From assembly GCA_038127595.1 (NCBI GenBank), contig JAYPIC010000006.1:38951-49778 (forward strand): a stretch of 10,828 bases of DNA, given 5' to 3'. Both the position numbers and the translations under genes were made by a program. The notes beneath the pieces are model-generated. The model searched no databases. It was given only the letters and a program-made list of their open reading frames with translations, and was not told where the DNA came from. This DNA is from a bacterium (GTDB lineage: Bacteria; Fidelibacterota; Marinisomatia; Marinisomatales; UBA1611). Positions 7,142 to 10,828 of this stretch are shown one piece after another (positions within the stretch are counted from its first letter, which is position 1; each line of letters starts with the position of its first letter).

Positions 7142-8485
7142 ATGCCTCATATAAAAATCACAAAAGGACATGATTTAAAGATCTCTGGGATTCCAGATAA
7201 GAATATCGCTTATCCTGCGCAGTATTCAACTGTGGCCATCATGCCAAATGATTTCAGGGGAGTAAAGCCTAAACTTTTAGTAAAAGAGGGAGACAAAGTA
7301 GATATTGGTTCTCCATTATTTTTCAATAAAATAAATCCTGAAGTTAAATGGGCTTCGCCTGGTTGCGGAAAAGTTAAAGATATTGTTTATGGCCCTAGAA
7401 GAGTAATTGAAAAAATTGAAATTGAATTGGATAAAGATCAAAATAGTATCGATTATAAAACCTATACTAGAGAAGAGATATCTAACTTATCTGGAGAGCA
7501 AGTTCTAGAAAATATTTTAAATGCTAATCTCTTTACATTTTTTAGACAGAGACCATTTAATATAATACCCAACCATAAAATACCGCCGAGAGATATTTTC
7601 ATATCTGGTATAAACACCTCTCCTCTATCTGTAGATATCGAGGTTGTCATGGCGAGTCAGCTAGAAGACTTTCAATATGGAATTGATGCCATATCAAAAT
7701 TAACAAAGGGTAATGTTTTTCTAACAACTAAAAGAAATTCAATTTTATCATCTATTGAAAATGTAAAATTAAACACTATTTCAGGTCCACATCCAGCTGG
7801 TAATGTTGGTATTCAAATTCATCATATTGCGCATCTTAAGCCTGGTGAAATTGTCTGGACAATTAATCCTCAAGATGTGGTATCCTTAGGCAGATTATTT
7901 AAAAATGGGAGATATCACCCTGAAAGAATTATTTCAGTAGGAGGGCCTAGCGTCAAAACACCATCGTACTCGAAAGTAACAGCTGGTGTTCCTATAAAGG
8001 CTTTAATAAATGACAATTTAACATCTGAAAATGTTAGAATCATTTCTGGTGATGTGCTAACAGGCAGAAGTGCATCCTCACAAGATTATCTCAGTTTTTA
8101 TGATTATTCTTTGAGCGTTATATCTAACGACATCAAAAGAGAATTTATTGGAATGTTAAATCCGGGAAGTAGTTCATCCAGGTATAGTTTAACACCTGTT
8201 TTTGTTTCTCTTGCTGACAAGTTATTTAACTTTACTAGTTCTCAAAATGGAAGTCACAGAGCTGTAGTCCCAATTAATACGTGGGAAAATGTATTACCAA
8301 TGGATATTTTGCCAAATGAGCTCTACAGATCTATTATGGCAAAAGACATTGAAGAAATGGAAAATCTTGGTATTATTGAATGCGATGATGAAGATTTTGC
8401 ATTGTGTTCTTTTGCATGTCCTAGTAAAACCGATGTTAGCGGTGTAATTAGGCAAGGGTTGAACTTGCTTCAGGCAGAGGTTTAA
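7142..8485 (+). CDS. nqrA: Na+-translocating NADH:quinone reductase subunit A
   Basis: 447 aa soluble protein with IKITKGHDLKISG, KPKLLVKEGDKV, RQRPF, GPHPAGNVG, RIISGDVLTG, VLPMDILP and EDFALCSFACPSK. It lacks the intact CxxCxxCxxxCP pairs of RnfC. Confidence 0.96.
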   Translation: MPHIKITKGHDLKISGIPDKNIAYPAQYSTVAIMPNDFRGVKPKLLVKEGDKVDIGSPLFFNKINPEVKWASPGCGKVKDIVYGPRRVIEKIEIELDKDQNSIDYKTYTREEISNLSGEQVLENILNANLFTFFRQRPFNIIPNHKIPPRDIFISGINTSPLSVDIEVVMASQLEDFQYGIDAISKLTKGNVFLTTKRNSILSSIENVKLNTISGPHPAGNVGIQIHHIAHLKPGEIVWTINPQDVVSLGRLFKNGRYHPERIISVGGPSVKTPSYSKVTAGVPIKALINDNLTSENVRIISGDVLTGRSASSQDYLSFYDYSLSVISNDIKREFIGMLNPGSSSSRYSLTPVFVSLADKLFNFTSSQNGSHRAVVPINTWENVLPMDILPNELYRSIMAKDIEEMENLGIIECDDEDFALCSFACPSKTDVSGVIRQGLNLLQAEV

Positions 8486-8487
8486 AT

Positions 8488-9663
8488 ATGCAGTGGCTTT
8501 TAAAATACATACTTAAGATCAAACCCAATTTTGAGGAAGGCCAAAAATTACACTGGCTGTATCCTGTCTATGAAGCGACTGAAACGATTCTTTTTAGTAC
8601 GGATGAAAAAACAAAGTCTGCGCCCCATATCAGGGATAGTATTGATATTAAACGTGTAATGATATTAGTAGTAATCACGTTAATTCCTTGTTATATATTT
8701 GGTGCAATTAATGTTGGGTACCAAAATGCAATTGCCCTAGGTATAGAACGATCATTAATTGGTAATCTCATTTTCGGTGCAATCACAATCGTTCCTATTA
8801 TCGCTGTTACTTTCATTGCGGGTGCATTTTGGGAAATATTGTTTGCCATAGTAAGAAAGCATGATATTTCTGAAGGGTTTTTAGTTACATGCGCATTAAT
8901 TCCGCTTACTATGCCTCCATCAATTCCTTTATGGCAGCTTTTTATTGCGACTTCTTTTGGAATAGTCATTGGTAAAGAAATTTTTGGTGGTGTAGGGATG
9001 AACATATTTAACCCTGCTTTAACCGCGCGGTGTTTCATATTCTTTTCGTATCCAAGCAAAATTTCTGGTGATATGGTTTGGCTAGTTGGGCCTGACGGAT
9101 ATTCGGGAGCTACTGCTTTATCTGTACCTGCAACTACTAAAAACTCAGATGCGGTCACGTTGCTTGAAAATGTTTCGCAATTTGATTATTCTTGGTTGAA
9201 TTTAGCTTCTGGTTGGATACCTGGTTCTATTGGTGAGACCAACAAATTTATTATATTTGCTGCTGCTGTAATATTAATGGCTATGAAACTTATTTCATGG
9301 AGAGTTATTTTGGGTGGTGTGAGTGGTCTTTTCGCAATGGCCTATGTTGGTAACCTAATTGCTCCCTACTCAGATAATTCTATGCTATCAATTCCAGCTC
9401 ATTATCATTTGGTCATGGGTAGCTTTGCTTTTGGATTAACTTTTATGGCTACTGAACCTGTAACGGGATCTCACACAGATACTGGAAGGCTTTTTTATGG
9501 GTTTTTCGTGGGGGTTCTTACTGTAATTATACGTTCAATTAATCCTGCATATCCAGAAGGAGTTATGCTTGCTATTTTATTGATGAATGCATTCGCATCT
9601 TTAATTGATTATTTTGTCGTTAAAGTAAATGTAAATAGGAGGATGGCTAGATATGCGCAGTGA
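8488..9663 (+). CDS. nqrB: Na+-translocating NADH:quinone reductase subunit B
   Basis: Nqr-type N-terminal extension, PHIRDSIDIKR, GKEIFGGVGMNIFNPAL, covalent FMN site DGYSGAT, IPGSIGET and IRSINPAYPEGVMLAIL. GAGG RBS at 8477-8480. Confidence 0.97.
   Translation: MQWLLKYILKIKPNFEEGQKLHWLYPVYEATETILFSTDEKTKSAPHIRDSIDIKRVMILVVITLIPCYIFGAINVGYQNAIALGIERSLIGNLIFGAITIVPIIAVTFIAGAFWEILFAIVRKHDISEGFLVTCALIPLTMPPSIPLWQLFIATSFGIVIGKEIFGGVGMNIFNPALTARCFIFFSYPSKISGDMVWLVGPDGYSGATALSVPATTKNSDAVTLLENVSQFDYSWLNLASGWIPGSIGETNKFIIFAAAVILMAMKLISWRVILGGVSGLFAMAYVGNLIAPYSDNSMLSIPAHYHLVMGSFAFGLTFMATEPVTGSHTDTGRLFYGFFVGVLTVIIRSINPAYPEGVMLAILLMNAFASLIDYFVVKVNVNRRMARYAQ
9637..9642 (+). promoter_or_regulatory. Shine-Dalgarno site for nqrC
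   Basis: Perfect AGGAGG ending 10 nt upstream of ATG 9653, embedded in the nqrB coding sequence. Confidence 0.7.
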
Positions 9664-10354
9664 TCTTTACACTATAGCTTTTACCACAATTATTACGGTC
9701 ATTTTAGGATTGGGCTTATCTGCTACCGCTGATAGTCTTAGAGAAAGACAAGTGTTGAATGAAGAGTTAGATATAAAAAAGAATATTTTATCTGTTTTAG
9801 GTTATAAGCAAGATACACCTTGGACAAATGAAGAGGTCCAAAGTTTATATGATGCTAACATTAGTGAAATAAGAATAGATGAAGTTGGCTCCGTTATCGA
9901 AGAATTAGACAAAAATGAAGATCTATCATACACAATATACCAAAGCAGTGAGAACAATAAAGTTACTGGTTATGCAATACCTATCGCTGGTAAAGGTTTA
10001 TGGGGAACAATGTATGGTTACTTTGCGATTGAACCAGATGCAGAAACAGTAAAAGGAATTACATTTTACAAACATAAAGAAACGCCAGGTTTAGGTGCAG
10101 AAGTTGACAAAGATTGGTTTAAAAATAATTTCGTTGGCAAGAAGTTAACCAACAAAAATGGAGAATTAGTCAGTATAGAAGTTATAAAGGGCTATGTTTC
10201 TGATACAGATCCAGATGCTCCCCATAAAGTTGATGGGATTTCAGGAGCGACCATAACAGGGACAGGGTTGACAACATTCTTAAAATCTGACCTACAGAAA
10301 TATGAGCCATACTTTGCGAAAGTAAGGAGTGTAAATCAAATTGAATCTCTTTAG
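9653..10354 (+). CDS. nqrC: Na+-translocating NADH:quinone reductase subunit C
   Basis: Single N-terminal TM helix, [17 protein letters not shown] and covalent FMN site [14 protein letters not shown] at 9637-9642. Overlaps nqrB by 11 nt. Confidence 0.96.
   Translation: MRSDLYTIAFTTIITVILGLGLSATADSLRERQVLNEELDIKKNILSVLGYKQDTPWTNEEVQSLYDANISEIRIDEVGSVIEELDKNEDLSYTIYQSSENNKVTGYAIPIAGKGLWGTMYGYFAIEPDAETVKGITFYKHKETPGLGAEVDKDWFKNNFVGKKLTNKNGELVSIEVIKGYVSDTDPDAPHKVDGISGATITGTGLTTFLKSDLQKYEPYFAKVRSVNQIESL
10323..10329 (+). promoter_or_regulatory. Shine-Dalgarno site for nqrD
   Basis: TAAGGAG ending 11 nt upstream of TTG 10341, embedded in nqrC. Confidence 0.6.
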
Positions 10355-10828
10355 TAGTAAAAATAAAAAAATTGTTAAAGATCCCTTAATGGGAGAAAAT
10401 CCTATCTCCATCCATGTACTGGGAATTTGTTCTGCATTGGCAATAACAACAAAAATAGATACTGCTGTTGTGATGACCATTGCTGTTGTTGCAGTTTTAT
10501 CTATATCAAATGTGGTTATTTCACTTCTTCGAAATAATATTCCCAATAAGGTTAGAATTATTATTCAGATGAGTGTAATTGCTTCATTGGTAATCATTGC
10601 AGACCAGGTATTAAAAGCTTACATGTATGATATGAGCAAGCTTCTAGGTGTTTTTCTTGGACTAATTATAACCAATTGTATAGTGCTTGGTAGAGCAGAG
10701 GCTTTTGCCATGCAAAACTCTCCGAGTAAAGCTTTGCTTGATGGAATGGGCAATGGTTTAGGGTACGGAGCAATTTTAATCGCTGTCGCTTTTTTCAGAG
10801 AATTATTTGGCTTTGGATCCATCTACGG
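10341..10828 (+). CDS. nqrD: Na+-translocating NADH:quinone reductase subunit D (3'-truncated by window edge; not in ORF track)
   Basis: Manual translation from TTG 10341 (first start after an in-frame TAA at 10332; TAAGGAG at 10323-10329) gives [37 protein letters not shown]...[28 protein letters not shown]...[17 protein letters not shown]...[10 protein letters not shown]...[12 protein letters not shown]. Both Fe-S-ligating Cys motifs (GICS, TNCI) are present and the frame stays open to the window end. Confidence 0.95.
   Translation, partial: MNLFSSKNKKIVKDPLMGENPISIHVLGICSALAITTKIDTAVVMTIAVVAVLSISNVVISLLRNNIPNKVRIIIQMSVIASLVIIADQVLKAYMYDMSKLLGVFLGLIITNCIVLGRAEAFAMQNSPSKALLDGMGNGLGYGAILIAVAFFRELFGFGSIY

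Noticed and set aside
7142..8485. Shift to more A-rich composition at nqrA suggesting horizontal acquisition
   Set aside because: It is explained by a soluble Lys/Asn/Ile-rich protein following T-rich membrane-protein genes. There are no flanking repeats, tRNA or mobility genes.
723..10822. Ten short minus-strand ORFs (723-926, 1569-1784, 2300-2488, 3993-4235, 4515-4700, 5732-5968, 7462-7650, 8691-9158, 10292-10546, 10619-10822)
   Set aside because: All lie antisense to well-conserved genes and show no recognisable motifs. They are expected shadow ORFs of codon-biased membrane-protein genes.
7142..10828. Rnf complex (rnfCDGE) as an alternative identity
   Set aside because: The first gene lacks intact CxxCxxCxxxCP motifs and has the NqrA GPHPAG motif. 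The second has the NqrB-type N-terminus and NPAYPEG, and the fourth has NqrD-type DQVLKAY and GNGLGY.

Overview
This is an AT-rich, gene-dense bacterial window with every real gene on the + strand. It holds the distal half of a complex I-type operon (nuoH partial, nuoI, J, K, L, M, N). Only 77 bp later, with no recognisable terminator, comes the start of a Na+-translocating NADH:quinone reductase operon (nqrA, B, C, and nqrD partial, which the ORF track missed). Protein signatures suggest an FCB-group organism, possibly Marinimicrobia-like (inference). The most notable observation is a 27-aa tandem duplication that lengthens the NuoL transverse (HL) helix by about the width of one antiporter subunit. 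This is the hallmark of '2M' complex I variants, yet only one nuoM lies between nuoL and nuoN. Other points are the tight nuo-nqr juxtaposition, substitutions at two functionally studied NqrB positions (Vibrio D346->E, G141->A), an extra Cys in the vestigial Fe-S motif of NqrA, and His-rich inserts in NuoL. I saw no mobile elements, RNA genes or CRISPR arrays. All comparisons to reference proteins are from memory, not from computed alignments.
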